Assembly: GCA_951406725.2 (NCBI GenBank) | Contig: OX597820.1 | Span: 120,404,001 to 120,468,000 of the forward strand | DNA from: Octopus vulgaris | Taxonomy: Eukaryota | Direction of reading: 5' to 3' | DNA length: 64,000 nucleotides | In this document: in pieces, positions 1 to 13,424 of the stretch | Layout: each line of letters opens with the position of its first letter | How positions within the stretch are numbered: the stretch's first letter is position 1 | Notes under the pieces: generated by a model | Seen by the model: only the letters and a program-made list of their open reading frames with translations | Databases searched by the model: none | What the model was told of the DNA's origin: nothing | Made by a program: the position numbers and the translations under genes

Positions 1-113
1 GAGTGTAGGCTCGAAACGTAAAATACTTTTTCTATTCCTGAGCGTTATACTAATACATCTCTTTGTTTTGTACACCACCCGTCTTCATCTTTTGTTTTTT
101 GCGTAACTCTCCC
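1..113 (+). mobile_element. Short non-coding PLE-type terminal repeat (pLTR-like) fragment with the 3' half of a minimal hammerhead motif; ends in (TA)n
   Basis: GAGTGTAGGCTCGAAACGTAAAA at the window start; same repeat on the minus strand at ~13425-13598, 48040-48215, 54538-54590 and 61052-61192. Confidence 0.55.
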
Positions 114-249
114 TATATATATATATATATATATATAAAGGAATCTCTCTTCGATGGCGACGGGTGAGTGTCCGGCTTTTACCGAACGACCTGCATAAAT
201 GATTTGTTTATATTGATTAAATGTTTGTACCTGTCAGATCAGGTGTCCA

Positions 250-392
250 ACGCACCAGGTGAGGAAACTATCGCTGAGCAACATGTGAGGAAGTGTTTTA
301 GCTCAAAGACCCAACGCACCATCCGGTCTAGGAATTGAAACCACGATCTCGTGATCGTGAGTGCAATACTCTAACCGCTAAGCCGTGCGACG
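250..392 (-). mobile_element. tRNA-derived SINE, family D (degenerate)
   Basis: Reverse complement gives GGCTTAGCGGTTAG (A box) ... GTTTCAATTCC (B box); similar to 13624 and 53737. Confidence 0.6.
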
Positions 393-705
393 TAACACAC
401 ACACACCACACTGATATAGCGGAATGGATGTGATGCATGTTGATCATGCACACCGGAATCTGTGGGAATGAGTATTCGGAATTAACGGTAATCACGTGAT
501 GCAATTTTCTTGCCCTAACGTTCACCTTTAATCTATGTGATGAAGAATTTACCAGGAATATGAAGAAATTTATCGAAATTTGGATCAACGAAACGAAACT
601 GAGACGAATGAATGCGACCGGCCTGGATTACAGAAATGCCTTTGCTGTGTCCATGGCGCTTTGGTGATCTGTCATCTATGTTTGTTCCATTGGCACAACA
701 TGTGC

Positions 706-1093
706 CAGGAGTGGCTGTGTGGTAAGTAGCTTGCTAACCAAGCACATGGTTACGGGTTCAGTCCCACTGCGTGGCATCTCGGGCAAGTGTCTTCTGCTAT
801 AGCCCCGGGCCCACCAATGCCTTGTGAGTGGATGTGGTAGACGGAAACTGAAAGAAGCCTGTCGTATATATGTATATATATGTATGTGTGTGTGTGTTTG
901 TTGCCCTAGCATTGCTTGACAACCGATGCTGGTGTCTTTACGTCCCCGTCACTTAGCGGTTCGGCAAAAAGAAACCGATAGAATAAGTACTGGGCTAACA
1001 AAGAATAAGTCCCGGGGTCGAGTTGCTCGATTTAAGGCGGTGCTCCAGCATGGCTGCAGTCAAATGACTGAAACAAAGTAGAAGAGTAAAGAG
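706..1093 (+). mobile_element. tRNA-derived SINE, family A
   Basis: Head TGGCTGTGTGGTAAG ... GGTTCAGTCCC, internal TA/TG tract, tail GGCGGTGCTCCAGCATGG...GACTGAAAC plus AAAGAG repeats; about 10 copies in the window. Confidence 0.9.
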
Positions 1094-1382
1094 TATGTGT
1101 AGAGCGTTTATAGTGACATTTGATGTTTTAACGTATTTTTCTTTCACGTCGTTCACATTTCTTATGGAATCAACCGGATTTGCGCCTGGTACTTTAACCT
1201 TCCCTGTCGTCCAACGCTCTGACGACAGACGAAATCATCATCACTGAACACCGTCTTCGGTATTGGACGAGGTTGTGGAGTTCATACTCGAAATAGCAGC
1301 AGCAGCAGCAGTTATAGTGTTATCCGCGTCAGTCGCAAAAGTTTCTGACACTACAGCCGCAGAAGCAGTGACAGAGAAAGAA

Positions 1383-1410
1383 GTTGTAGTAGTAGTAGTA
1401 GTAGCAGTAA

Positions 1411-1461
<51 letters not shown>

Positions 1462-1605
1462 CAGCAGCAGCTGTAGTAGTAGTAGTAGTAACATTATTAT
1501 TAATATTATTATTAGTAGTAGTAGTAGTAGTAGTAGTAGCAGTAGCAGCAGCAGTGGCAGCAGCACCAGCAGTAATAGTACTAGCAGCAGCAGCAGTATT
1601 AGTAT

Positions 1606-1650
<45 letters not shown>

Positions 1651-1680
1651 CAGTAGCAGCAGCAACAGTAGTAGTAGTAA

Positions 1681-1775
<95 letters not shown>

Positions 1776-1822
1776 ATAGTAGTGATGGTGGTGGTGTTGG
1801 TGGTGGTGGCGGTGGTAGTGGC
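1383..1822. repeat. Compound trinucleotide microsatellite (AGT/GCA/ATT/GGT)
   Basis: Directly visible; explains the poly-V and poly-L ORFs. Confidence 0.95.
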
Positions 1823-2601
1823 TGTATCTTATTTTGAAGGGATTATTATAAGGAAATTACGATTAACTTAATTCCTAATCAGATATATACCTTCTCCTAT
1901 CTTGGAATCATAGCAGCTGGATTTTGATTTTTAATCAACTCAAGATTCTTCAAGTTAACATAGTGATTACCAGCCATAACAGTTACTGCCATCCAACCAA
2001 ACTACTTTCATAACATGTTTTGCATTGAAAAATCGACTCATTCTTTATATATTATCTTTAATATTGGCGTGTATTATTAGTATAAAGTTGAATGAAATTC
2101 CCTTTTCGATTCTTACAAAATCAGAGCGCTTGAGATTGACCTCATACATGAGTAATATTAACAAAATCTATTTCGTTCCCTATATTTTCGGTAATTTCTT
2201 TAATGAAGAAAAAGATAAGCTTCATTTTTTTCCTAGATTACTGATTTACTTGGGTTTGCTATGCGAAAATATTTTAGAAAATTATTAAATCTGAAAGTAA
2301 TAAACACCTGCAAAAACGCAGAAGTTACAATTAACATTTACCTTTTTTTTTTCTCTCTCAAAAAACATTTTATCAGAATAAATATCGAAGTATTATACCA
2401 ATTCGAAATTATTTATTTCACTTTTTTAACAGAAACTTTGGGCAATTGTCAGTGTTCCTTTCTGATGCAAGAAAAACAAATTCCACAGAAATAACATCAT
2501 CTTACACTAAGCAAGATTTCAGCTTCTGGACTGAGAACTGCAATTTGGAATATACACACAGAACTCAACTTCATACATACAGATTGCACCTTTATATAGT
2601 A

Positions 2602-2988
2602 CTAGCAGTATCGCCCGGCATTGCTCGGGTTTGTAAGGGAAATATCTATATAAGCATTTTTAGAGATGTAAAGTTTAATAGCCATCTCAATATGGCTAAT
2701 CACAAAGGGGGGGGGTTACTGTAGCTTTTTACGTTCTGAGATTTAATAATACATTTTTAGAGAGTTACTTCCCTTATATATGCCAAAAATGCATTAAAAA
2801 TGGGAAAAATTGATGGTAATTTTTTTTTTTAAATCGTAGACTCATCGTAGACGCGCAGAAGGGCTCGATATGAATCACGACTATAAGACATCCGGTTTTG
2901 GTTAAACTGCACCGCAAAATGTGGGAGTAGTTAGGAATCGAAATCGTAGGAGACAGACAGCACACAACCTCACTTTTATATATAAAGA
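2602..2988 (-). mobile_element. Non-autonomous Helitron
   Basis: On minus: 5'-TC start, 3'-CTAG end preceded by GC hairpin CCCGAGCAATGCCGGG, inserted between A and T; second copy at 35487-35882. Confidence 0.85.
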
Positions 2989-5900
2989 TAATCATTTGAG
3001 AATTTCTAACAAATAGTGTACCGAAAATTTGTTTCTTTATAAAATGCTGAAGTATAATATAAGTCTTGTATTTTCCGAAGTTGTTTCAATGTTACATCTG
3101 TTCACCTAACTTAAACATTATAAGACACAGTATATCGTAGATTCTCTTGTTTCTAAATACTCCAATTATACCAGGTATTGTAGATTCAAACAATTTATTC
3201 TTTCTACATATTTTAACAAAATGCTTTATATTTTGTTACATCAAACCTATCATTGAAGTCAACCCAATAATTATGTGCTACCATTCAGAACTTTATGCGT
3301 TTATAGATCCACTCTACAAAAAAGAAAGAAGAAAAGTATTATCAAATGTATTGATTCTTGTCTATAGTTTATTGTCAATATACATAATCTATTGCATTAA
3401 ATTATTTTTTAATACAGTAATTTTGCTATACGTTTTCTCTTCAAAAAAAACAAAACATTGGTTTACGTTGATGAAAGGTAAAACACATATCATATTTTAC
3501 GTGCAGAGATTATATTTCTCTGATATATGTAACCCCCTCTGGGAAAACTATATTTGAAAGAATGTAATCTCATATTTTTGCAAAGCCTGCATTCGAATCT
3601 CCCGTGACATTGTCAAATAAACTCTAATCTAGCATCAGACATAGAAACCGTGTTTGTATAAAATTGAGGAACAGGTCAAACAGCAGTTAAAAGGAATTGT
3701 TTCTTACAGAGAGTAAAAGAAAGGAAAAACGACTCCTTTCAAAAGACGCCATGTCCAATCAGCGCGCTGCTGCTGCTGATGCCGATTTTCGTTGGTCGTT
3801 TGATAAAGTGATTTTCTAAATTCAGTGCAACAATAATTCAGTAAAGATGCAATAACATAGAGGTGGTAGAATGCCAAAATGACAAATGGTGCATCCAGAC
3901 CTTTATAAGATGAATTTTTTCCCCAATTGAAAGCTGAGAAGCAATTGGGCATGAAAAATAGCATGATAAAATAGGAAAGAAAAACCGTTAAATAAAATTA
4001 CATTGAGCATACTATATTTTTCTAAACCTGGTCTTCCGTAGTTTATCGCAAGAGTGTCATTCCGTGAATTAATGAGGCTATCAGACGTACAAAGGCCATA
4101 CGATATCTTTGAAATAATGCAAACAATTCTTAACTTGTTTACCAGCAGCCTTAAGCAATGGTGCTTATCACTAGGGAAAAAATATCGATATTCAGGCTTT
4201 TCTTTGTCTTTATTGTATGTTTAGCTTTCATTGGATTTGTTTCATGAAACAACTTGGAACGAATTTTATAGATGGCAAATGGCAATATTTTATTTATCTC
4301 TCTGGAATAACAAACAGTACGGTTCACGTAATTTCCATTGTTCTACTTTAAAAGTTGATGATGCAATTTTTTTTAAACTTTCTTCTCAATGAACAAAAGG
4401 AATTACTCCTGTAGGAGAAATAAAAAAAATTCAACTGATTTGATTGACTGTAAACATGTCATGTTATGGTGAATAATTCATATTCTTTCTATTTTTTTTA
4501 AATGTGTTTTTCTTCCGCTTTACTCCTCATCCAGAATACTTTATCTCCGCGGTTATATCTGAGAATATCTACGAAGTAATTTTACCAGAAAAAATTATTT
4601 TTTACGAGTAATTCTGCCAGACGTAGAAGTAAATACGAAATAAGGTTAAGATAAAGAACTCAGCAAACAAAAATTCGTATCATGACTCTCTGAAACTTTA
4701 AGAAATATGAGGCAATGGATAAATCGTTATATATATATATATATATATATGTTTGAATTAACTCAAAAAGAAAAACAAGATATTTTTATTGTTAAGCATA
4801 CGTCGAACACTTAGCTTAATCTGAATCCTAAGATTCCAATAGTCTTGACACAACTTAATATTAGACAATACGAATGCATCTTCTAAGCAGATAAACGAAA
4901 GCGATTTGCCAAAACTGTTCAATTTGGCGTGAACAATCAAGAAATCATTGGATAGAATATATGTGATAATGCCTCAGTGTCTGTTGCATATATAATATAA
5001 TCTACAATTACATTATCTAATTAGATTAAATGGCGAAAAAGTGATTATCGTTGGAAATTATTCTTAGTTATCTGATATTTCTATGCAGACATAAATATCC
5101 TAGGGGTAATTGTTGGCGACAGCGAATTATTTGGGAGATAGATTTAAGAAAATAAGATCCGTTCATATGTATCAATTGGAACCACATATTCTATAATCCA
5201 AAGACCAATATTTACAGATTTCCGTTCCTTAGAGCTCGTTAGCCCTACCTTGCATGTCAGTTCACAAAGATCTATACGTACAGAAACTGACTCACGTATA
5301 CTTCTCTTGTCTCCCCTTCGTAAATGTATATAAGGACACAGGAAAAATGTGTCAAAGCCATCAGGAGGCGTCGATACTTCCTAGGGCTAAACAGCGGTGG
5401 TGTACCCCCTACTGTCACGTTCGTGTTAGATTGACAGTATACTACTATTCTATCGCCCCACCACCGTACATGTCTCTACGAGAGATTTAGAAATTTAGTA
5501 TTTCTGATAATATTCGCAACTACACAAAAAAACAAAGAAAATGGACGAAGGCAAGTAAATGAAATGTGCGTTTTGATAATTGCGTTAAAGAGTGATATTT
5601 TGAATAGAGTACTGTTTAATAATATCGTAATTAAGTGTAAATGATTCAGCAATTATTTACGTACTTGGACAATTAAAACCAAAATATGCATGCAGCCATC
5701 TTTGAAATATGAACGAGCTGTAGTGTTATGTATCAGAACATCATAAGCTACGTCATGTAAATGTGTTTCTCTATTTATATGTCCTTTTCACAACACATTA
5801 TTCAAACTCATGTAGACCTAAGTACAGGGGGCTTTCAACTGTGAACTTTTCACCTTCACAGATATTGAGACTTAACGAACAATGCTTTCGTTTAAGGGAA

Positions 5901-6604
5901 TCGTTTTCATTTCCTTGGGAGTCCTTTGCTCTTTGTAATAAATATAACAACTGGTGTATCTTACATCATGCATATGTCTGTACACATTTATATTTATGGC
6001 TTACTGAAGCAGACAAGCGTTCTTATATTCTTGGGGTGAGGATGTAGAATTATAAAAATTCAAACAATAGAGTGGCCTCAGCGATTGCAAGAAACTGGAT
6101 TTCACTAAGTTCATCCAAAGTGTCAGATGGTACTGTTGTGAGGTTGGCTCACAAGAATGTTCGGCCGGGGCAACACATACGAAGTGACTTTTTCAATGAA
6201 ACACGGTATGTATTGAAGAGCATTCAATGCCAACCCACTGGATTTTTTCACCGCAACGAAGAGGGTCAGTGCCGCCCAGTTTGGGAACAAATAGTGTAAA
6301 TGAATCTAGTAATTTCCACGAAATCCTTCACCGTAACGTGAGAACGTGAATTGAATCCATTGTTCTTCTTGGCATGGTCCAATAAGTTCTCTTTTACGGA
6401 ATCATTTCAAACGACGTCGAGGCCTAGTTTACTTTACGTCATTCAGGGTTCGATAACATAGAATGTCCAACTCTGACGTCTACGTATTTGATAGTTAAGG
6501 TCTCATCAAACTTTCCCTGTCACGTGGAGGAATTCGAAATATTAATAAAACAATTATAACAATTTTCGTTAACAATGGTTTCAAAGTTTGGCTGAAGGTC
6601 GCGA

Positions 6605-6785
6605 TTTCAGGACAGGGATAAGTTGATTGCATCGACACCAGTGTGCAACTGGTACCAATATTATTGACCCCGAAAGGCAGAAAGGCAAAGTCTAAGCTGG
6701 CGGTATTTGAACTCTGAACGAAAAGTCGAAGAAAATACAGCCTAGCATTTTGCCATCGTGCTAACCACTGTGCGAGCTGGCCGTC
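6605..6785 (-). mobile_element. tRNA-derived SINE, family B (degenerate)
   Basis: Reverse complement matches GAGTTCAAAT...TTTGCCTTTC...TTTCGGGGTC...GTACCAG of the family B copies. Confidence 0.7.
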
Positions 6786-6939
6786 TTATAATTGTAATTA
6801 ATATTAATGATAATAATTGTTTATTGACAAGAAAAGTCGGCATCATTTGGAAAACGTTGTCGTCGTTGTTATTTTCATCATCATCTTCATCATCAGCATC
6901 AACATGATCATCATCAGCATCAACATCGTCGTCATCCTG

Positions 6940-7650
6940 ATTCTAGATAAATTCTACAGACACGCATGCGCTGTCAGACAAGCTTGTCTGAGGTGCGTGC
7001 AGAGTGACGAAACCGTTCTGGACGCCCTCGATCAGTGTCCGGGCATTATTAACTTGTGGAATTATGTCAAACAGCTGCTGTCACGTGTGGGACAGATCTG
7101 TCTGTCAGCCGAGATTGTAATGATGGTCACGCAGCCGCCCTCCTTCAATCGGGCCGGCAAGGCAGTTTTTCTTTGCCAGGTGGCAGTGGCGAAAGGTGTT
7201 GTTTGGTCGACAAGGCTGAAAGACAATGTGACAGATACATTCCTCTTTGGTTGAGCTCTTATTGACTTCTTCAAGTTTCACTTGAAAAGGAAATTGAGAG
7301 TAGAGAGGGAAGTGCTGTCCTCGAGTGAGTTTATTGGGAGGAGGGTGAAAGCTGCGAAAATGGCAAGCGTGGACGGTAGCTCTCTAAGTGTAGAACTGTG
7401 AAATCTCGAACAGTTGGGTTCCTCGATTATCCCTAGAGGCCTCCCTGTATCAGGAGAATCACATCTCTATCATCCACTCCGCCGCTTTTTCTTTTACTTT
7501 TTACAAATATGTATGCAATGTCATGTCCCTTCTTTTTCAGGGTATACCGTGTGTATTTATTTTGTTTCTTTAATTTTTTGTTTCATTATTTCATTATCTA
7601 CAAAATTTATGTCCCCTCATCCTCTGTCCTTGTGGAAAATAGATGAAATA
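6940..7650 (+). mobile_element. Tx1/L1-clade LINE 3' fragment (C-terminal zinc finger plus 3' UTR)
   Basis: Translation ...CLRCVQSDETVLDALDQCPGIINLW fits a decayed CxxC-x8-H-x4-C zf-RVT; frame continues through a stop (FFKFHLKRKLRVEREVL) to ~7400; T-rich UTR and (AAT)n-like tail follow. Confidence 0.65.
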
Positions 7651-7774
7651 ATAATGATTATTATTACCATTATTTTTCGGGGTCGATAAATTTAGTACCA
7701 GATAAGTACTGGAGTTGTCGTAATCGACTATCCATATATTTCATGCCTCGTGCCTGTAGCAGAAAGGATTGGGG

Positions 7775-8045
7775 AGGACCCCAGTATGTTAGATCGACAC
7801 CAGTATGCAACTAGTACTTAATTTATCGACATCGAAAGTACGAAAGACTAAGGAGGAATTTTAACTCAGAACTTAAAGACAGGCGAAATACCTATTTCTT
7901 TACTACCCACAATAGGCTACACACAGAGGGGATAAACAAATGCAGACAAACGGATTAAGTCGATTATATCGACCCCAGTACGTAACTGATACTTATTTAA
8001 TCGACCCTGAAAGGGTGAAAGGCAAAGTCGACCTCGGCGGAATTT
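7775..8045 (-). mobile_element. Family B SINE-derived tandem units, inverted relative to 8046-8522
   Basis: Reverse complement of the adjacent plus-strand units. Confidence 0.8.
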
Positions 8046-8522
8046 CATCCTTTGCCTTTGATCCTTTCGGGGTCGATTAAATAAGTACCAGTTACGCACT
8101 GGGTCGATGTAATCGACTTAATCCGTTTGTCTGTCCTCTCTGTGTTTAGCCCCTTGTGGGTAGCAAAGAAATAGGTATTTCGTCTGCCGTTACGTTCTGA
8201 GTTCAAATTCCGCCGAGGTCGACTTTGCCTTTCATCCTTTCGGGGTCGATTAAATAAGTACCAGTTACGCACCGGGGTCGATATAATCTACTTCAGCCGT
8301 TTGTCTCTCCTTGGTCGTCCCCTCTGTGTTTAGCCCCTTGTGGGTAGTAAAGAAGTAGGTGTTTCGTTTGTCTGTATGTTCTGAGTTCAAATAACGCCGA
8401 AGTCAACTTTGCCTTTCATACATTCTGTGTCGATAAATTAAGTACCAGTTCCGTTCTGAGGTCGATCTAACCGACTGGCTCCTTCCACAAAAATTTCGAG
8501 CCATATGCCTAGGGTAGAAAAA
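8046..8522 (+). mobile_element. Family B SINE-derived tandem units (~2.5 units)
   Basis: Repeated TTTGCCTTTCATCCTTTCGGGGTCGATTAAATAAGTACCAGTTACGCAC...TTAGCCCCTTGTGGGTAG. Confidence 0.85.
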
Positions 8523-8879
8523 AATATTATCCTGATTAGGAAGGCGTTGAGATGGCAGAATCGTTAGCACGGAAGACGTTCTGATTTCAAATTTCGCCGC
8601 GGTCGAATTTGTTTCATCATTTCGATCATTTCAGCTCCTCTATCAAAACTGCTGGCCTTGTGCCAGAACCTGAAATCATTAATGTTGTGGTTATTATTTT
8701 CATTATTGTGTAGAAGCAGTACCAATGGTGGTGCGGATCGTTGAGGTAGTAGTAGAAGCAGTAGCGGTGGCAATAGTAGCGAAACTGACAGATACTTGAA
8801 GTGTTATTAATAACAGAATTCGATGTATACCAGCAAATTATATTATACAAGAACAGGAAAAACAACTATATACATACAA

Positions 8880-8931
8880 TGTGTGTGTGGGCGTGTGTAT
8901 ATGTAGGTCTATAGATGGCGAGATATTGATG

Positions 8932-8963
<32 letters not shown>

Positions 8964-8969
8964 AGTGTC

Positions 8970-9032
<63 letters not shown>

Positions 9033-9051
9033 GTATATATATGTATGTATG

Positions 9052-9131
<80 letters not shown>

Positions 9132-9748
9132 TAGATATAGATAGATAGATGAATGAATGAATGGACATGTAGACAATTAGGTAGATAGATAGAAGATCAT
9201 GCGCGTATGTGACTATGGACTGAAGATATTAACTAACAATACAGCGTATTATACGGAAGATACGAGGAAAACAATAAGATGTACGGGGCTGCCTAAATCT
9301 CCTTCATTTGTCAGACTTCTTCTACGAGTTTGAATGAAAGGAGATTATAGATGCATATTTTTAGTATGGAATCTTGCAGAATATTTGGTATTTGGAAACT
9401 TCATATATCTACAAGCTTCCAAGTGATTTATTACAGGTCATTTTTGGTTCAAAATGAAACAAAGAAACTGAAACCAACCAAATATATTTTTGTAGATTTT
9501 CCAAAATTATTTATTTTGTTTTTTTCGCACTGATTTATAAATATATATTTCTTCGAGACCATTAATCATTTCTTTTTTAAAAAAACATGTTTATAAATTC
9601 GTCAACTTATCTATTACCTCCTCCTCCTCCTACTACTCTCAGTTTAATATGTATAAATCCAGTTTTTGGCGTAGGCTATCAAACTTAAACGCTTCGGACA
9701 TTTTTACACATGTCCACGTACATTTATTCATAGGTATATACTGATATA

Positions 9749-9797
<49 letters not shown>

Positions 9798-9874
9798 CAC
9801 ATATACATATATATATATATAAATATATATATATATACATATATATATATACATATATATATACATATATGTAC

Positions 9875-9915
<41 letters not shown>

Positions 9916-10049
9916 TATATGCATATATGTATATGCATATATGTATATATAAATATATATATATACATATATATATGTATATATATGTTTATATATATAT
10001 ATAAATATATATATACATCTGTCTGTCTGTCTGTCTATCTAACTTTCTG

Positions 10050-10108
<59 letters not shown>

Positions 10109-10173
10109 CAATATATCTATCTATATATATATCTGTCTATCTATCTATCTATCTATCTATCTATGTATCTATG

Positions 10174-10239
<66 letters not shown>

Positions 10240-10240
10240 A
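8880..10240. repeat. Cluster of (TA)n, (GA)n and (CTAT)n microsatellites
   Basis: Visible at ~8880-9170 and 9745-10240. Confidence 0.9.
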
Positions 10241-10699
10241 CGAACTAATTAAGTTACGTCCTGTATCGCATCAAAGAAATTTCAATAAGTGATTCTTGGC
10301 GTCAGAAATGTTTGTGTACACATTTTCAAAACAAATAATTTATTTCTATTTCAATCTGGTAAATGTTTGGAACTAAAGGATGTTCGGTAAAATATCTTTT
10401 TCAAAAACATTGTGAATTATGATGGTCTCCGCCTATTCTCTCTTTAATTCTTCGCTAATCCTGCTCCTCAAATCTGTAAAAGCAAAGAATGCGGTCATAT
10501 TCCAATAAACGGTTCCTTGCATTTTGACTTTCTTTATTAAAAGCAAAATGTTTGTGGCGTGTGTGTCCAAGTACTCAAAGAGTGGATACTTCATGACATA
10601 ATTATGTGTCTGTTAAACAAATATTCTGAGCACATACAAAAATATAGGTGATAAAGCGTTATGGGATCGAGACATGCATACATGTGTATATATATATAC

Positions 10700-10768
10700 A
10701 TACGAAAGAAGGTTTAAAAATGCAATTTTAAAAGATGTTTATTTGCATTTTCAAACCTTCTTTTGTAT
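10700..10768. repeat. Imperfect ~70-bp palindrome with a short 3' extension (to ~10805), between TA tracts
   Basis: ATACGAAAGAAGGTTTAAAAATGCAA ... TTGCATTTTCAAACCTTCTTTTGTAT. Confidence 0.7.
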
Positions 10769-10806
10769 ATAATTCCAGTCGTGCGGTACCCTACAACTCC
10801 ATATAT

Positions 10807-10887
<81 letters not shown>

Positions 10888-11000
10888 TATACATTTATAT
10901 ACATATATATTCATATACATTTATATACATATATATATATTCAGTAGTAATGCTTAGTTTCAAAGTATATATGTAATATACCTAATAAAACGTAAGTGCA

Positions 11001-11047
<47 letters not shown>

Positions 11048-11074
11048 ATACCTTCATATATTATCTTAGAGAAT

Positions 11075-11975
11075 ACATAGCTCTGGAAACGTTGTGCATT
11101 CGAACGTGAGTTAAGCGCAATATACAAGTGCGTTGAGGAAAATAACATGCTGTGTAATGTTGGAAAATGTCAACACATGAAGCCCAATGAGAATCACACA
11201 GGAAGGACTTGCAATCTTTGAATCAAAATCAGTGCTTGACCTGGCCATGAATATGAATAACGATGCATCTTTCCAGGTTCATATTACCAAGAAGGCAATG
11301 AAATGCAGACGCTTGAACGGATGGGTCCTTCTAACTTTCAAAACGAGAGAACAGGAGGCCATGATGTTCCTCTGATTGTATTTTGTACTCGGTCATCTGG
11401 ATTACTGCTCCAACTTGTGGTCACCAGACTGTGTAAAATTAACGACGGAATTCGAGGCGATGTAGCGAAGCTACAAAAGAAACCCCAAAAGATCGATACA
11501 ATCAGCTACTGGGAAAGACTGAAGGAGTTAAAAGTCAACTCCCAAGAACGAATGTGAGAAAGATATGCCGTAATATAGACCTGGAAAACCCAAGAAAAAC
11601 TTGTTACAAACTTTGGCATGTTCACTTACACAAACAGCAGCACAGGGCGCTACCGCTTACTACTCAAGGTCCCAACATTGCCATCAGGATACAGGACCAG
11701 ATGCTGCAACAGATTGGGCTTCAAAGGCCCACAGCCCTTCAATATCCTCCCACAAAGGTTGAGAGACCCGCATTGTGTGGATGTAGACGTTTTCAAAACT
11801 AAACTAGATCGCCTGTCAAGAGTGCCAGATGAACCTACCTCAAAGCAAGAAACACAGATGAGGCCAGCAAATGTCCACCAAATGTCATATCAGCGGAAGT
11901 TTAGTGAAAGAGTAGCAAAGCAAACGGTGGTGTCCCATGATGGCCGTAGGCTTCGGACTGAAACAATAAATGAAA
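11075..11975 (+). mobile_element. CR1-like LINE 3' fragment (RT C-terminal region, frameshifted)
   Basis: Motifs across frames: GWVLLTFKTREQEAM, HLDYCSNLWSP, SYWERLKELK, GFKGPQPFNILP, FKTKLDRLSRVPDEP. Confidence 0.85.
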
Positions 11976-11991
11976 AAGAAAATAAAGAAAT

Positions 11992-12078
<87 letters not shown>

Positions 12079-12597
12079 GTAAAAAATAAATACAAACATG
12101 GACAAGAACAGAAACACCAAGGAGACGACACAAGAACCACAGTCATCAGTCAAGAACCAGATCATCTTCGCAATTTCGGCTGATTAATCTTGATATTGCT
12201 CCGATCTGGGCAGCCCCCATGGGAAATCTAAGCCAAGCGCATTAGATCCCTTGGAAGAAAGCTTATATATATATATATATGAGAAAAATACAGTGCAACA
12301 ACAATTTGTAAAAGATAATACATAATCATGTGATAAATATATAAAACTATATTAGAGAAATCGTAAAAATATCCTGGGAAATAGACAAAAATATATTTAA
12401 TATCAACATAAGGGATAATGCAAAGATGTGAGATTGTTCTTCCCCCTGGTATTTTAGGTGGACCACTCGATCAGTTCCATTGCATTAAATTCCATGCCGG
12501 TATAAAATAGCAACACCTAGTAGGGCAATGGATCGTCCACTAAAATCTACCTCTGCTGCTACATGGCGATGTCATTCAAATCAGGATTCGCACAACA

Positions 12598-12912
12598 TGG
12601 CCCATTCCAGTAGAGAGTTATTGTTTACGGAGGCATATCCGTGTGTAGGAGGTCTATCCGGGATTGCTTGAAGGAATTTGTCCAAAGACTTCTTGAACTT
12701 AATGGGGTCTGTTTCCGCTTAAATGTATTTTGGTGTAATGTTAAAGAGAGCGGGGCCGAATGAGGTGAAATAATTGTGCTGAATTGTTGTTATGAGATTT
12801 AAAGTGCGATTTATGTTGTGGGTGGATAGCATGGGTCCAAGTCTTGAGTGTAATTTTAAAATGATGCCAGCATCATTAGGGCAATGCTGTGGGAATATTT
12901 TCCACATCACGG
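12598..12912 (-). mobile_element. CR1-like LINE 3' fragment
   Basis: MWKIFPQHCPND, FTSFGPALFNITPKYI, then FKKSLDKFLQAIPDRPPTHGYASVNNNSLLEW in a shifted frame. Confidence 0.8.
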
Positions 12913-13288
12913 CTACGTTGGAGAGAATAAAGCTTGCGCTTTTTTATTTGACCCCTATTGTGGACCACGATGTCCAGGTCATGCCACCTATCTTTTTTCG
13001 AATTGACCTTTGAGGTGCAGCACGCGTATACTAACATAGACACACACTAAAATACACATGCAAATTATACTAGTCTGCAATGAGGGAAATGTACACCTAT
13101 AGATAGATATCTATGCTTGGTATATATATCTATGGAGGTAAGACGTTTTTTGTTTTTTTTCTCTATTTTGTTGCACACACGCATTTTTACTAATACATAC
13201 GCGGTGAAGCTACACATTAGCGTCGTATTTTTACGTTCGCTATTTCCAGTAAATATCGGTACTTAGTTGTGCCATTTATTTACTAATT

Positions 13289-13353
<65 letters not shown>

Positions 13354-13424
13354 GTGTGTATGTACGTATGTGTGTATGTATGCATGTATGTATGTATGTG
13401 TGTATGTATGTGTGCGTGTGTATA

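Noticed and set aside
1213-1245. CTGACGA CAGAC GAAA motif
   Set aside because: No stem II or stem I pairing
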